A DNA stretch of 63,211 bases, counting the filler, from Phoronis australis (Eukaryota > Animalia > Phoronida): NCBI GenBank assembly GCA_002633005.1. It is 8 parts of 8 records of this genome, joined end to end, with 100 filler letters (N's around TTAATTAATTAA, not from the genome) between each part and the next. Parts side by side here need not be neighbours in the genome. Positions count along the whole stretch, not along the records: positions 11,688 to 17,825 come from NMRA01000045.1; positions 17,926 to 37,636 come from NMRA01001073.1; 6 more parts are not named here. One strand, 5' to 3'. Within the stretch, counting starts at the first letter, position 1. Every line of letters begins with the position of its first letter. A program made the position numbers and the translations under genes. This document shows, piece by piece, positions 12,606-23,807 of the stretch. A model generated the notes under the pieces. The model did not search any database and was not told where the DNA came from. It saw only the letters and a list, made by a program, of their open reading frames with translations.

Positions 12606-13453
12606 CTAATTAAAGAACAGTAGATCTTAATTACTTTACAAATCTCAAAACATTTCAACGGTAATAACAGAAGTATGACCAGCCACGTTCGGGTGAGCCT
12701 TCTTAGATCTGACACCTGTGCATGGAAAGTGGCATTATACTACTGTCAAAGATCGTACGCACAGTCGTAGCTAAAACATGTCGTGTGCACATTTTGCGAA
12801 CACTGCATTTGTTTTTAATAAGAGCGAAATGTTTAAACTGTCATTAAAAATCTTTTTCATTCAGACTAAAGGACCACTCATAAGGCACGTCGTTGAATTG
12901 TTTGCAACTTTTAAGTTGCTTAAAAGCATCTATGTTACGACCCTCTTAGTTAAGACTGGGGTAGCAATCCCGGCGATAAAACGAGCCTCTGTTGTTTTCG
13001 CTTCACTTTTAAAGCATAAAACGCAGTTGTTTGAGACAAAGTGATTTATAATCACAACGTATTCTTCAGCGACGCTCTTTCAACACATAAACCTTTATCA
13101 AAATAAAAACATCATAGACATCAGTTGCGGTGTATCAACAAATCGATGGTACGGTAACAGCTGAACTCCTCTCTAAAAAGTGAACCGGACGTAAAACGCA
13201 AATACATAAAATGTTCCTACTTTAGTAATATCTCTCAGTTGACGAGACTCACTCAACGTTCTATACTAAACCAAAGGAAAAATATCGTTCATGCCTGGCT
13301 AAGATATATCAGGATTACAACCTACACAAACACAATCGTATCGTATTGTTCATAATATCAAGCTTTCATTTTGAATTTGAGTCCCATTTCACAGTCAACC
13401 ACTTCTCCTACACAAAATAAGTTGCTCCGGAAAGTTTTTACGTTTAAGCTTAC

Positions 13454-13541
13454 CTATCAAACTCGTCGTCTGTGTCTGTTAGTTGAGCATCACCCTCTTG
13501 CACCTCGCGGGCTAAGACTTCCGCAAACTCTTCATCTGACA
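13454..13541 (-). CDS. Secreted prepropeptide exon: (M)SDEEFAEVLAREVQEGDAQLTDTDDEFD
   Basis: ttgtag|...|gtaagc, 88 bp, phase 1-2, strongly acidic. Confidence 0.75.
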
Positions 13542-14946
13542 CTACAAATTAATTTGATTCTATCTAGTTCATGTTTCATTCCATCTCAACAGGTGTCATT
13601 ATGAGGATCACGTGACTCACTCGTGGGCTCCAGAATGCTTGGTTTAAGACAAAAAACAAAAAGAATAAGTTACGTGGGCGGCGCAGCACTGAAAAAGTGG
13701 GTGCTATAAGCCCCCCNNNNNNNNNNNNNNNNNNNNNNNNNNNNNNNNNNNNNNNNNNNNNNNNNNNNNNNNNNNNNNNNNNNNNNNNNNNNNNNNNNNN
13801 NNNNNNNNNNNNNNNNNNNNNNCCCTTTTTTTTGCGGCCCTGGTATTTTGCTATCGTATTTTCCACATGAACAATTCTTAACCGTTAAAACCACCACTTT
13901 CTTTGATCAGAGAGGTTTTACAACAAATGTTCACGATGTACATATATATGTAATTACCGATCTAATGGACATCTTTAATAACATGAGATTGCTGTCTGTT
14001 CCCTTTATAATGGAGACTGCCGTGGGGTTTGAAAAAGCAAGGCGCTTTGTCGGTGCCAGTTCATCAACGCAACCAGGTAAATAAGCAAGTCACGATGTAC
14101 AAAATCGATACCTTTTGCAACTGTTTGTGATTAAGAGCCCCAGGCAAATGTGGAATCATATGTTTGAATTGTTACTATCGGGCGCTTTTTTATCTTTTCT
14201 ATAGTTTACATCTATTCATGTAAAAAGTGTGTGTGAATGAGGAAACAGATTCTTAATTTACAAATTGCCTTGGAGCAACTTAGGCTTAACTACGCACGAC
14301 CTGTCAGACTTCATCATTTTTTAATTAAAGATTTCGTGACTGGATGAAAATTATATAGAAAGCTGTATTTCGTTTGCACCTACTGTTTAAAATGAAATTA
14401 AGAAATTAAATTAATTAAACCTGTACTTTGAGATCTCCTGCGATTGAATTGAGACGTTTCATAACTCGCAAAGGCTCTGGACGTGCTTACTGGTAACGGA
14501 AATAACGCACCGTTCTGGTAAGAAAATTTTGTGGACAAAGTTTGCAAGGACAGTCGGCAAGTTTTTTCTTGCAGTTGAATAGATGGAAACGCAATTTAAA
14601 ATACGTTTAAAATTGCCAAGTGTTTTTAAGAACGAGTTTTGTGTCGAAAATGATCCGCCGTAAATCCGTTAACAGTGTCCAGTAAGCATCGCGCGTGACG
14701 TGGTGTTGGTGAATAACACTGCATGATGCGGGCTATGTGAGCTCCCAAGGTACGTCATGGGTGCAAAGGTCACCTTTTTGCAGAATTTTTTGTTTTCACA
14801 TGTACAAGTTGTCAATGAATACATCTGCACTTGTTTAGCGTAGATGATGTTGAAGTAGCATTGCCGTTTAGTGCCTGCTATATATTAGCAGAGTTAGGAG
14901 AATTGTAACACATCTTTAAGTACTCAATGGGAAAATAATAACATAC

Positions 14947-15012
14947 TTTCGTCGTTGCCTCGAACTTTTGAGAAGTCGCGCTCCTCAATTTCCTGGTTCA
15001 ATTCGTTTTCTC
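14947..15012 (-). CDS. Secreted prepropeptide exon: (G)ENELNQEIEERDFSKVRGNDE
   Basis: ttttgtttgcag|...|gtatgt, 66 bp, phase 1-1. Confidence 0.75.
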
Positions 15013-15220
15013 CTGCAAACAAAATGTTTTGTAGCGGACTTTCAGATCAACATTACCCTCGATTTGCTATGTACTATATTTAAAACCTCCACTGTGGGAC
15101 AACTACATGTATAGATGGAAATCCCACGAAACGATCGTCTTTTCACATTCATCAGTTTGAACAAAATTTAACTTAAGGATACCATTAAATTCTAAAAGGA
15201 ATAACTTTAGAACTGCTAAC

Positions 15221-15286
15221 CGTCGATGTCTTGATTGTCAAAAACTTCCCCACGTTTCATCATGTTTTCATTCAAATCATCAGCTT
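15221..15286 (-). CDS. Secreted prepropeptide exon: (E)ADDLNENMMKRGEVFDNQDID
   Basis: ctttcttattacag|...|gttagc, 66 bp, phase 1-1. Confidence 0.7.
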
Positions 15287-16530
15287 CTGTAATAAGAAAG
15301 TGCACAGTGTGGTGGAGTGACGGCAGTGCTTTGGCGAGTTAAGAATCATAAAGCGTGAAAGCAGACGATCAACTATGTACAGTGTTGATGTTTTACAGCA
15401 AAGTCTGATCGTTATTTAAGGTATTGCACCCATAATATTACCGCGGATTGCAATGTGTGGTGCTGAGTAATATAAGCGAATTTCACGCAATTCCTCAAAA
15501 AAGCAATAGAGTTGAATCTGAACTTCCTTGGAAGCAACAAAAATTGACTACAAATCAACCGCCAATTTAAACTGAAACACTCCTACATTTGGCTTGAGGA
15601 CAAACTGCACGGAAACAGACAAGGTGCTGTCGTACAATATTATCATTGTCATTTTCATTGTTACTGTTTTTAACAATGTCATCGTAGTTAAATACTGACT
15701 AACGAATGACAAAAAGAAAATTGCAATTTCGAAATCAGACCAGCTGTTTTGATGTTACAGGCATAATAGGTAATAGATTTGGGTCTTATGCTTCGACTTA
15801 AAAATACTCGGAAACTTTGCTCAGTAGAGAGCTCATTGGCCCATTCCTGTGTATTGCATCGTAGTATAATCAGAAATATGCCAAACATTTTTCTGGCTAT
15901 CAGTGCATTCCAGTTAAGGTTATGTGGAATAGATTTGCACTGTGATGATCAACATGCGATCAGTCAAACAACGAAAGCATCTAAAAATACAATCACATAC
16001 AATATCTTTCAATTTGTTTTTGAAAATGTAATACTTCTTTCACAATAGTTTACGTAAAGTATATTGACTCAATGAATACAATGTGTTCTTTTACATGACG
16101 AATAAATAAATAGATAAATAAGTGTAAAGTAATTTTCAAAATAAACTAGACAGACTTCGAAAGAGCTTTTCTAGACTGCCAGAATTACTTTGGCAGCTTG
16201 ATCGAAAATTTTTGCCAATACAACAATGCTTTAGTCGAAAGTTTAACCGCCAATTGTCTGTATATACTTGCCAAACAAGTTGTTGCAATTTCGACAGCGT
16301 GGATGGAGTATCACCAGTCGAGATTTTGTCAAGATTTAGCCAGAATTGAAACGCCCTCTACTCGAAAATAAATGGTTAATTAGTCGCGGTTTTGTCGGCA
16401 GAAACTTTGTCGATGATGCCCAGTTTATTTTAAAAACTACCGTACGTAAGCTGCATGTCTTTCACCAGTAGCGTGACGGTCGTCAAGAACACAACACCTT
16501 AGTGAATGATATAAACAGTGGAATAGTTAC

Positions 16531-16594
16531 CATGACTCCGAGCCGCGGAAAACGTGGCGAGAAGGCACAACAGCGTTAGAAGGTAAAACTTCAT
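16531..16594 (-). CDS. Secreted prepropeptide, signal-peptide exon MKFYLLTLLCLLATFSAARSH
   Basis: ttttatttccag|AG-ATG...G|gtaact; classic n/h/c signal peptide, phase 1 end. Confidence 0.8.
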
Positions 16595-16897
16595 CTCTGG
16601 AAATAAAACATAGAGCTATAATATTTGACGGAAGTTTTCAGGTTATAAGATATTGTTGAAATGCTTCTCAACATACTACGATGCCATGAAAATAATCGAT
16701 TTAAACAAAAAATAAACTATCCATGTCTGGGAAATACTATGTTTTCATGAAACGGGTTATACCAAAAAATTGAAAAAGAGTTGCATTCAGAAAATTTAAT
16801 AAATGCCTACGACAAAGAAATTTAAAGGTCAAAAACGAAAAATACCTCATATTGAATTTTTTCAGTCGTGAATTTCAGTAACAAAATGCAGTCTTAC

Positions 16898-16950
16898 CTC
16901 TTCAATGATTAGATGAAATGTACAGATTTGAATTCGTCACTCTATATAAA
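16898..16950 (-). promoter_or_regulatory. TATA-like box and short non-coding first exon of the prepropeptide gene
   Basis: Minus-strand TATATAG at ~16948-16942, followed ~50 nt later by a strong donor GAG|gtaaga at 16898/16897. Confidence 0.5.
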
Positions 16951-17259
16951 ACCATACTGTCTAGTATGGGGTATTATGCATCCCGTTGTTGATGACCTGT
17001 AAATTTGTCACGAATTTTCAGGTCCTTGACTTGGCAATAAGTCACGAAGTCCAAACAAGATTCGAACGACTTGCATGCACGATTTACAATGTCTCATTGC
17101 TCTGCAGAAAATCGTCTATGCATGTAGCAATGTGCTTTTCTGAAAAGAAAAATGCTATAAGCTTCCTTTGCTTGTGGGAAGACAAGTGAACATGATTTTT
17201 TGACAACTTTTGTTTGCACAATGAAAATTTCAGTTTTAATAAATGCGTTGGTTTTTATC

Positions 17260-17480
17260 GTAATCTATTTTGCCCGGGGTACGCCACGAGCTATGTTGCA
17301 GAGTAAAACAAGAGGAGGATTGGGAATATTTGTCATTTATTATGACGTAATAGATAAAACTAACTAAGACTCTGCAAGATGGACATGCACAAAACGCCCA
17401 CCGGCGTGTACAATGAATAGCCCTGCAAGAGGGAACAAAACAAAAGAACTGCCTGAAGGGCTTAAAGGAAAAGTACGGAA
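17260..17480 (+). repeat. Dispersed repeat, homologous to 20870-21066 (inverted)
   Basis: Shared blocks CTATTTTGCC, TTATGACGTAA, AAGACTCTGCAAGATGG, CCTGAAGGGCT on two different contigs. Confidence 0.7.
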
Positions 17481-17825
17481 CATGAACACAAAACTTGAAA
17501 AAACCTAGCAGGAAATGTATACGAGCAAAGAGAAAGTGGAACCGCCACCCGGGATGGGGGGTGGGGGAAAAAATGAAGAGAACGAACGTAGGTCTTGTAG
17601 ACGACGAGGTAGGTGGCTGAATGAGAGACCACGTTGAACAGAACAAAGGAAATATGGGCGACCAATCAGGAGTCGCGTAGAGAAACGTATGAATACAAAA
17701 GTAGGCCCTAGAGGCTATAAATAGAGATGAGTAATGCAAAATAAACCCTAAGGACTGGTCTCAAAATAAAGAGACAAGTGTCAAAATAATGACGATAAAT
17801 GCATTTAACAAGTTAAATTTAATTT

Positions 17826-17925
17826 NNNNNNNNNNNNNNNNNNNNNNNNNNNNNNNNNNNNNNNNNNNNTTAATTAATTAANNNNNNNNNNNNNNNNNNN
17901 NNNNNNNNNNNNNNNNNNNNNNNNN
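17826..17925. other. Artificial contig spacer
   Basis: N44-TTAATTAATTAA-N44. Confidence 0.97.
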
Positions 17926-18129
17926 TTTTACGTAATTACGTCTTCATTCTCATATGATATGTGAGTTAGCAATTGACTACTTATTCGGTAAGCAAATTTA
18001 CAAATCTGTAGATTCGAAACTCTAATACACAGATTACATTACGGAAACAGCCGAATTCCTGGGGAGCGCAATGTTGAGGTCACTCCATTACAGGCATGTC
18101 AGGCTAAACACTGGAGTCAGTAGCGTATG

Positions 18130-18670
18130 TCTGTAAAACAAGCCTTCTGATCTGGTGTGCCTGCTTGTGTTTTGTATTTGGTAGCAGATCAGGTGATTTG
18201 AAATCGTTGATAGGGGTGAAACCTATAGCCGGTACAAATAGCACGATACTGCAAAGTGTATGATTGCAGTTGCACCAAATGGGTGCACCATGTACGTATA
18301 TAAAGCATTGGGGGCAGATGGAGTGACAAATACATTGTTGAAAAATCTGGATTTCCGGAATACCTTTTACCCAAAGACAAAGTCATGGCAGATAGAGGCT
18401 TTACTGTTGATGACCTCCTGTTTCCAAGGCGAGTTAAGTTAAACATAACAGCTTTCACCAAAGGCAAGTCACACATTAGTCAAAAAGATCTAACAAAAAC
18501 ACCGCTCATTTCCACAGTAAGAATCCATTTGGAGTGAGCAATACGAAGACTTAAAAGTTTTCAAAATTTTGAGTACCAGTATTCCAGTGTCAAGCACAAA
18601 ATCAGTGGACAACTACTTGATTGTCAGTGCTGAGCTTGTTAACCTAAGTGCTGATCTGATCAGAGATCAA
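18130..18670 (+). pseudogene. ISL2EU (IS5/PIF-Harbinger-related, DDE_Tnp_4) transposase remnant
   Basis: TYSRYK*HDTAKCMIAVAPNG, GRWSDKYIVEKSGF, VMADRGFTVDDLL, TVRIHLE*AIRRLK, LVNL; stops and frameshifts. Confidence 0.88.
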
Positions 18671-20869
18671 AAATTGGAAGACACAGACTGACTTCCAGAG
18701 TTTTTATGTTGCCCATTCCAAGTGGTAACATGTATTGTTTCATTTGGGATACAATTTGAGAAATTACAATTCATACCACTGGTGTATTTGAAGCAAAGCA
18801 TGCATGTATCATAATATATGATTCAAAGAGCTTGGAAAAAACATCCAAAGTACTTCAAGCAATGAAGTCAGTAAATGTTTTGCAAAAGTCAATTCTCTTA
18901 GCCTCAACTTCTTCCACGAGGCGTTCAAGAAATTTCTGAAAGTAAAATGTACGCAACCGTGCAACATTTTGCTCAACAAAGCTTTCATTGTGTGGCACAT
19001 CTACCTCATCAAAAGACATTGTCAAGAACTTTAAAGTTAGCGCGTACGTAAATAAAGTTGGTGCTTCTTTGACCTACAACAAACGTGATCAAAGTCATCG
19101 TCAGTTGAGTACAGAAATAGTTTGGCTTTCTTAAGTCCAGTAAAAACATGGTTATTGATACCATTTTTTAAACGGACTGCTTGATTTGTGTATCACTAGG
19201 ACAGTAGCCTAAAGTGGTGCAACTGAACTAAGTGACTCACGAAAACAATCTTAAAAACAGGTCTTAAGATTGTTTTCTGGGATGTTTCTGTGAACACTGT
19301 GTCATCCTGTTAAGAACATGTGTGGATAGATTCCAGGAGACAGTTCAGCCTCAAGAAAGTAAACAAATCATAAGAGTACATGACCAACGCTAGAGCAGAT
19401 CCATTTGAAATGATTAAAACCCAAGTTAGAATAATAAACAACAAATTCATGTCACATCACATATTTAATAAAACACAGACTTTATATAACCCACGAATAC
19501 GACTTTGAATAGCTCACAACCATGCTGAACAGCTGTGCTGTTTTTGTTTTTGACATTCCTGTAATGGCTGACTTCGGTATGCGAAGCCTATAAATTACAG
19601 TACGAAGTTACACGATCACTGTCTATACTTTATGTTATAACAGTGTAAAATTTTCTGAACGAGTCCAAACACGTTTCATTGGGAACCATCAATTATATGT
19701 GTTTTTCTATATTGCTGACACTTGTCTTTCTCGTCGTGATTAAAGCTCTTGTAAGATAAATTTTATTGTAAGTTCTTCGGATGAATCATAAACAATATTA
19801 TTTTGAACCCCTGCATTGTGAATTAATGTGGAGTTTTGTTTGGTACGACAACAGTTACTTTAAAAATCCGTAGCGGTACCTGTAACCAATAGAGATTTTA
19901 GTGATAGTTGTAACACGCCAGCACCTCAGAGCGGTTTTAGAAAGTCATACACGGCACAACTAGCGCCCTCTCTCTCCGTGTTGGCACCTTGCCTGCGTAA
20001 TCCAACATGAGCGTGTGCATTACCGTTATCAGTGGTAAGAGTTATCTCCACATGCATGGGAGTATTTTCAAAATGAAAACCGCGCGACACCTTGCAATTT
20101 CGGCCATCAAAAGCATTGTCAAAGGACTGTTTTCAAATAATCACATGTCATAAATTTAGTCAACGCGTTTGATAACTTGGCTTGTTACATATCATTTCTA
20201 CTACAGCCTTCACTCGTTCATTTTCCGAAAACAGAGATATTTTAGGGACTTTTCTATATCAGGAACCCCAAGGCAAATTTCTCAGGGATTTGTCACTGGC
20301 ACAATACTTCATGGTTTTAGGGGAAAGCCAATGTAATGCCAAATGTGGCATGAGGAGAGATACTGATCTCTTGAATGTATAGTTGATAACGAAGGTCGGT
20401 GTGTATAATCATGATTTGGACAACTAAACTTTTGTCAAGTTGCTCAGCTGCTTTTAGGTCATCCTCTTTTAAAAGCAAATTTCCAATCATTAGGGAGTGC
20501 CATTGTTGTACTGTATACTATCTAAAATTATCTTTTTACAATTATTGCAGTATTGTATTTTTTGTATTTTATTCGTTCTTATTATTGATTCAGACGTGTG
20601 GCATTGTTTGCTAATAAACATCTTAAGTAGACACCACTCTCTTGTCACTGACAGACATGATGACAGTCTTTGCAGAAAACATTTTAATGCTCATTGTTAC
20701 CTTAGCAACATTTTCACAACACCAGAGTCTGTTTCACGAAAAGTGACTTTTCAGTCTTAACTCAATTATTTCTGAAAATAAAAACAAATATCACTTGCCC
20801 AAACGTGGTACGATTTTTCTCAGTAATTTTCCCACCTTCCATCCCAGGAACGAGTTTCTTTTTTTCTTA

Positions 20870-21066
20870 TCATACATTTTCTGTAGAGCCCTTCAGGTTT
20901 TTCTTAATTCCCTCAGCTTTTCTTTTCCTATTAGACGCCTGTGTGGTTTTTCCACGCCCATCTTGCAGAGTCTTGTCATTCTACTTACGTCATAATCATA
21001 ATGTGACAACGCTTGTCTTGTTATACTTTTAACATAGTTCGTGGTATGCCACTGGCAAAATAGTTT
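20870..21066 (-). repeat. Dispersed repeat, homologous to 17260-17480
   Basis: Reverse complement aligns by eye with 17260-17480. Confidence 0.7.
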
Positions 21067-21464
21067 GCGATAAATTTGCCTTGAGCAAACGAGCAAAGTC
21101 TCTGTAATTATAATCATATTAACTAATATTTACTTGGATAATTTTTATGAATTATTTGTAGACTGTCTTACACTCATAATTACTTGACTACACGATTTTC
21201 AACCATGGTGAAATGAAAGCGTTAGACCAAATTTTTGTCACTTTTCAGAAACAGAGACCCCTGATGATGAATGTTCACAACTTACGTCCTACAAAAAGTT
21301 TTAAAAGCTTTCAATCTCGATTTGAGACGTGCTTTGCGCGACTATTTGTTAATCCGACTCACGAAATATCGTCGATTTCTAAGACATTCTTTGGCAGTGC
21401 GTGCGCGGCCAACGTGAACTAATTTGTGCGCATGCTCTTGCCGGCGATGAAGATATTGTTTTAT

Positions 21465-22232
21465 TATCCCATATATAATCCTCTCAAAAGAGGTTCTGTC
21501 CCCTTCAGAAAATGTGTGGTACATTCTTCAAATTACCATCAATGCGCGTAAATTATACGTCATTTCAAAGCTTATTTATTTCTTCATTGAATGTTGGGGA
21601 ATATTTTATTATTCATGAAACGCACTGCGTTGTACAGGGGGTCCAGAAAAGGCACAGAAGTCAATTTCAAAAACATCAAAATTGTCCTCACTCCTTACCT
21701 AAGCTCATAATGGCAGGTCGCTTAATTCTTGTCTTGATCAATGAATACCAACAGAGGGGACTATCTTTTGCCGTTATGCTGGTGGGTACTAAGCACTATT
21801 GGTTAAGCACATTGCTGTGTCAGCCTTAGGTGTTCGTTTGCCTAAAGTCTCTTGCTTGACAACGTTGTGGTGGAGAAGTTGACAATTTTAGAAAGTGCAC
21901 GTGCAATTGGTTTGGTGGAATCAGGGTGCACCTTGAATGCTGTTGCCAGACATTTTCGTGTTCACTGAAAGTCAGTATCCAGGCTGCTAGCCAGATAACA
22001 ACAGACGGGACGGTGATGTCAACAACAAAAACCGAAACGGTCAACCGCGTATCACAAGTCTCTGTCGGGAGCGAAACTGCTGCGTTTCCTTGCTGCACGT
22101 ACCGGGAAATTTCCCAACATTCAATACAGAAAATAATGATTTAAAATCTATGCCTATTGGTGGTAATTTGAAGAAAATGCCACAAATTTTGTGAAGGGGA
22201 CAGAACCTTTTTCAATGTGTTTATATGAAAAT
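21465..22232. mobile_element. Non-autonomous TIR element hosting a Tc1 fragment
   Basis: GGTTCTGTCCCTTCA...TTCTTCAAATTACCA (from 21492) is inverted at 22156-22207; outer limits approximate. Confidence 0.65.
21635..22020 (+). mobile_element. Tc1-like transposon 5' fragment
   Basis: TA|CAGGGGGTCCAGAAA terminus; ARAIGLVESGCTLNAVARHFRVH*KSVSRLLAR*QQTGTV paired-like HTH at ~21870-22015. Confidence 0.75.
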
Positions 22233-22329
22233 ACGGGTATTATATACGTCATGGTACATGTATTTACAGTGAAATACGAGAAAGTAGAGCCAGTCCTTAT
22301 ACAGGTGAAGAGCCCGTACAGACACACAA

Positions 22330-22460
22330 GACGTTCCGAGAGTGGCGTAGATGAAGTAATATCCCACGAGACATAATTCCGCGTATCGACCGGTTTCGGT
22401 AGATACGCGAAATAATGTCGAGTGGAATATTACTTCGTCTACGCCAATCGAGGTACGTTT
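22330..22460. repeat. Long imperfect palindrome (hairpin)
   Basis: TGGCGTAGATGAAGTAATAT...ATATTACTTCGTCTACGCCA, arms ~50 bp, centred near 22394. Confidence 0.85.
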
Positions 22461-23807
22461 TTTATTTATCTCATAGGCTTCAAATTCTTAATTTTTTTCA
22501 TATTTTCCGCACCTTTTTAAACAATTAACCCAAACCGTTCACGTGGCGGATCACACCTTACATGTATGTACGTGCGCACCATGTTACAAGTTTTCTTTAG
22601 TAAAAGAAACAGTTTTAAATGTAACAATTTATTACTTGAGAAGAAACATCAAAGACGGAACAACATTAATTGTGCAATAAACTTGCAGCATTTTCTGAAA
22701 ATAATTAAATAACAACAATATTTATCATTTTAGTTATAGAGGAATCGGCGACTGTGTTCAATTTGACGATATGATATACAGAAGTGTTATTTAATTAACA
22801 ATTTTGTACCAAACGTTATGTTTGGGACCTGATTGCATGCTGAGGGTTATTTAGACTGCTGCAACTATATTACTGTGAACTATTTAAGAAAATCTTGATG
22901 ACCAAGCTGGATGACGACGCCAAGTCGACGTTGACCGGCCATTGTCAATTTCCAATTCAGAGTTAAAGTAGTCCCGGGAGTGCAATAGTGAATGCCTTTA
23001 CTATATGGCGGTATTGCACTGAATTTCTTCAAAGCGTCTGGGATAAACATATGTCTGACTCTGCGATAGTAGATGTACGCTACACGAGGACACTAGCGTT
23101 CCATCCCATATACATGTGCACTACTAATATCAATCGTGGGAATGCTTTGAGTTTCTGGAATAAATGAAGCCGTGGAATCAGTTTTGGTACTTTTCCAAAC
23201 CGACACACTCGTGATTCTCGGAAAGCAGTGACATAATACGCACCTAGCCTAAAATAATTCGGCCCCGAATTTTTGAAAATGTGAACATTTTACTAAGATT
23301 CACGGGGTACATTCAGAGCTATGAATTGTGCATTCGCCGATTTTTGGTGGTTCCAGTCTTTTTAGTGGACTTTTGTCTCGTTTTCAACATTTTTTCTGAG
23401 TTTTTGTTTCTATGAGGCGGCTAGTTTTGTCCATGATATACGTTCACTATATGAAGTCTTAGGTTCTGTTGGATCCTAGCAAAATGCGATAATATGCTTT
23501 ATTCACTTTTCAAGTTGCATTTACTAAAAATTTCTAACTTTTGCAGGAATTTATCAAAAGCACAACTTTTGTGGAAAAATCTTAAGTATAAGACGAAAAC
23601 AGTGTTTTGAGGTATTTTGAATGGTTATATCGTGTGAAATTTGGTTAAGTTCTACGCAATTTCTGCTTTCATAAAATATATACTTTTGCTGAATTAAATT
23701 CTACAGTTTTGTACTAATTTAGATCAATGGAGTTTTTTCAATAAGGCCCTATATTACCTTAGCATGGATAGGCTTTGTATTTTGAGATCACGTGAGGGAA
23801 AATAAGG

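Noticed and set aside
12533-12715. 60-aa ORF as a standalone secreted protein
   Set aside because: Non-ATG start; only its 3' part (12605-12537) has splice sites and fits the prepropeptide model.
18680-19700. Second ISL2EU ORF (YqaJ/lambda exonuclease) on the minus strand
   Set aside because: Expected from family structure, but I could not read convincing motifs.
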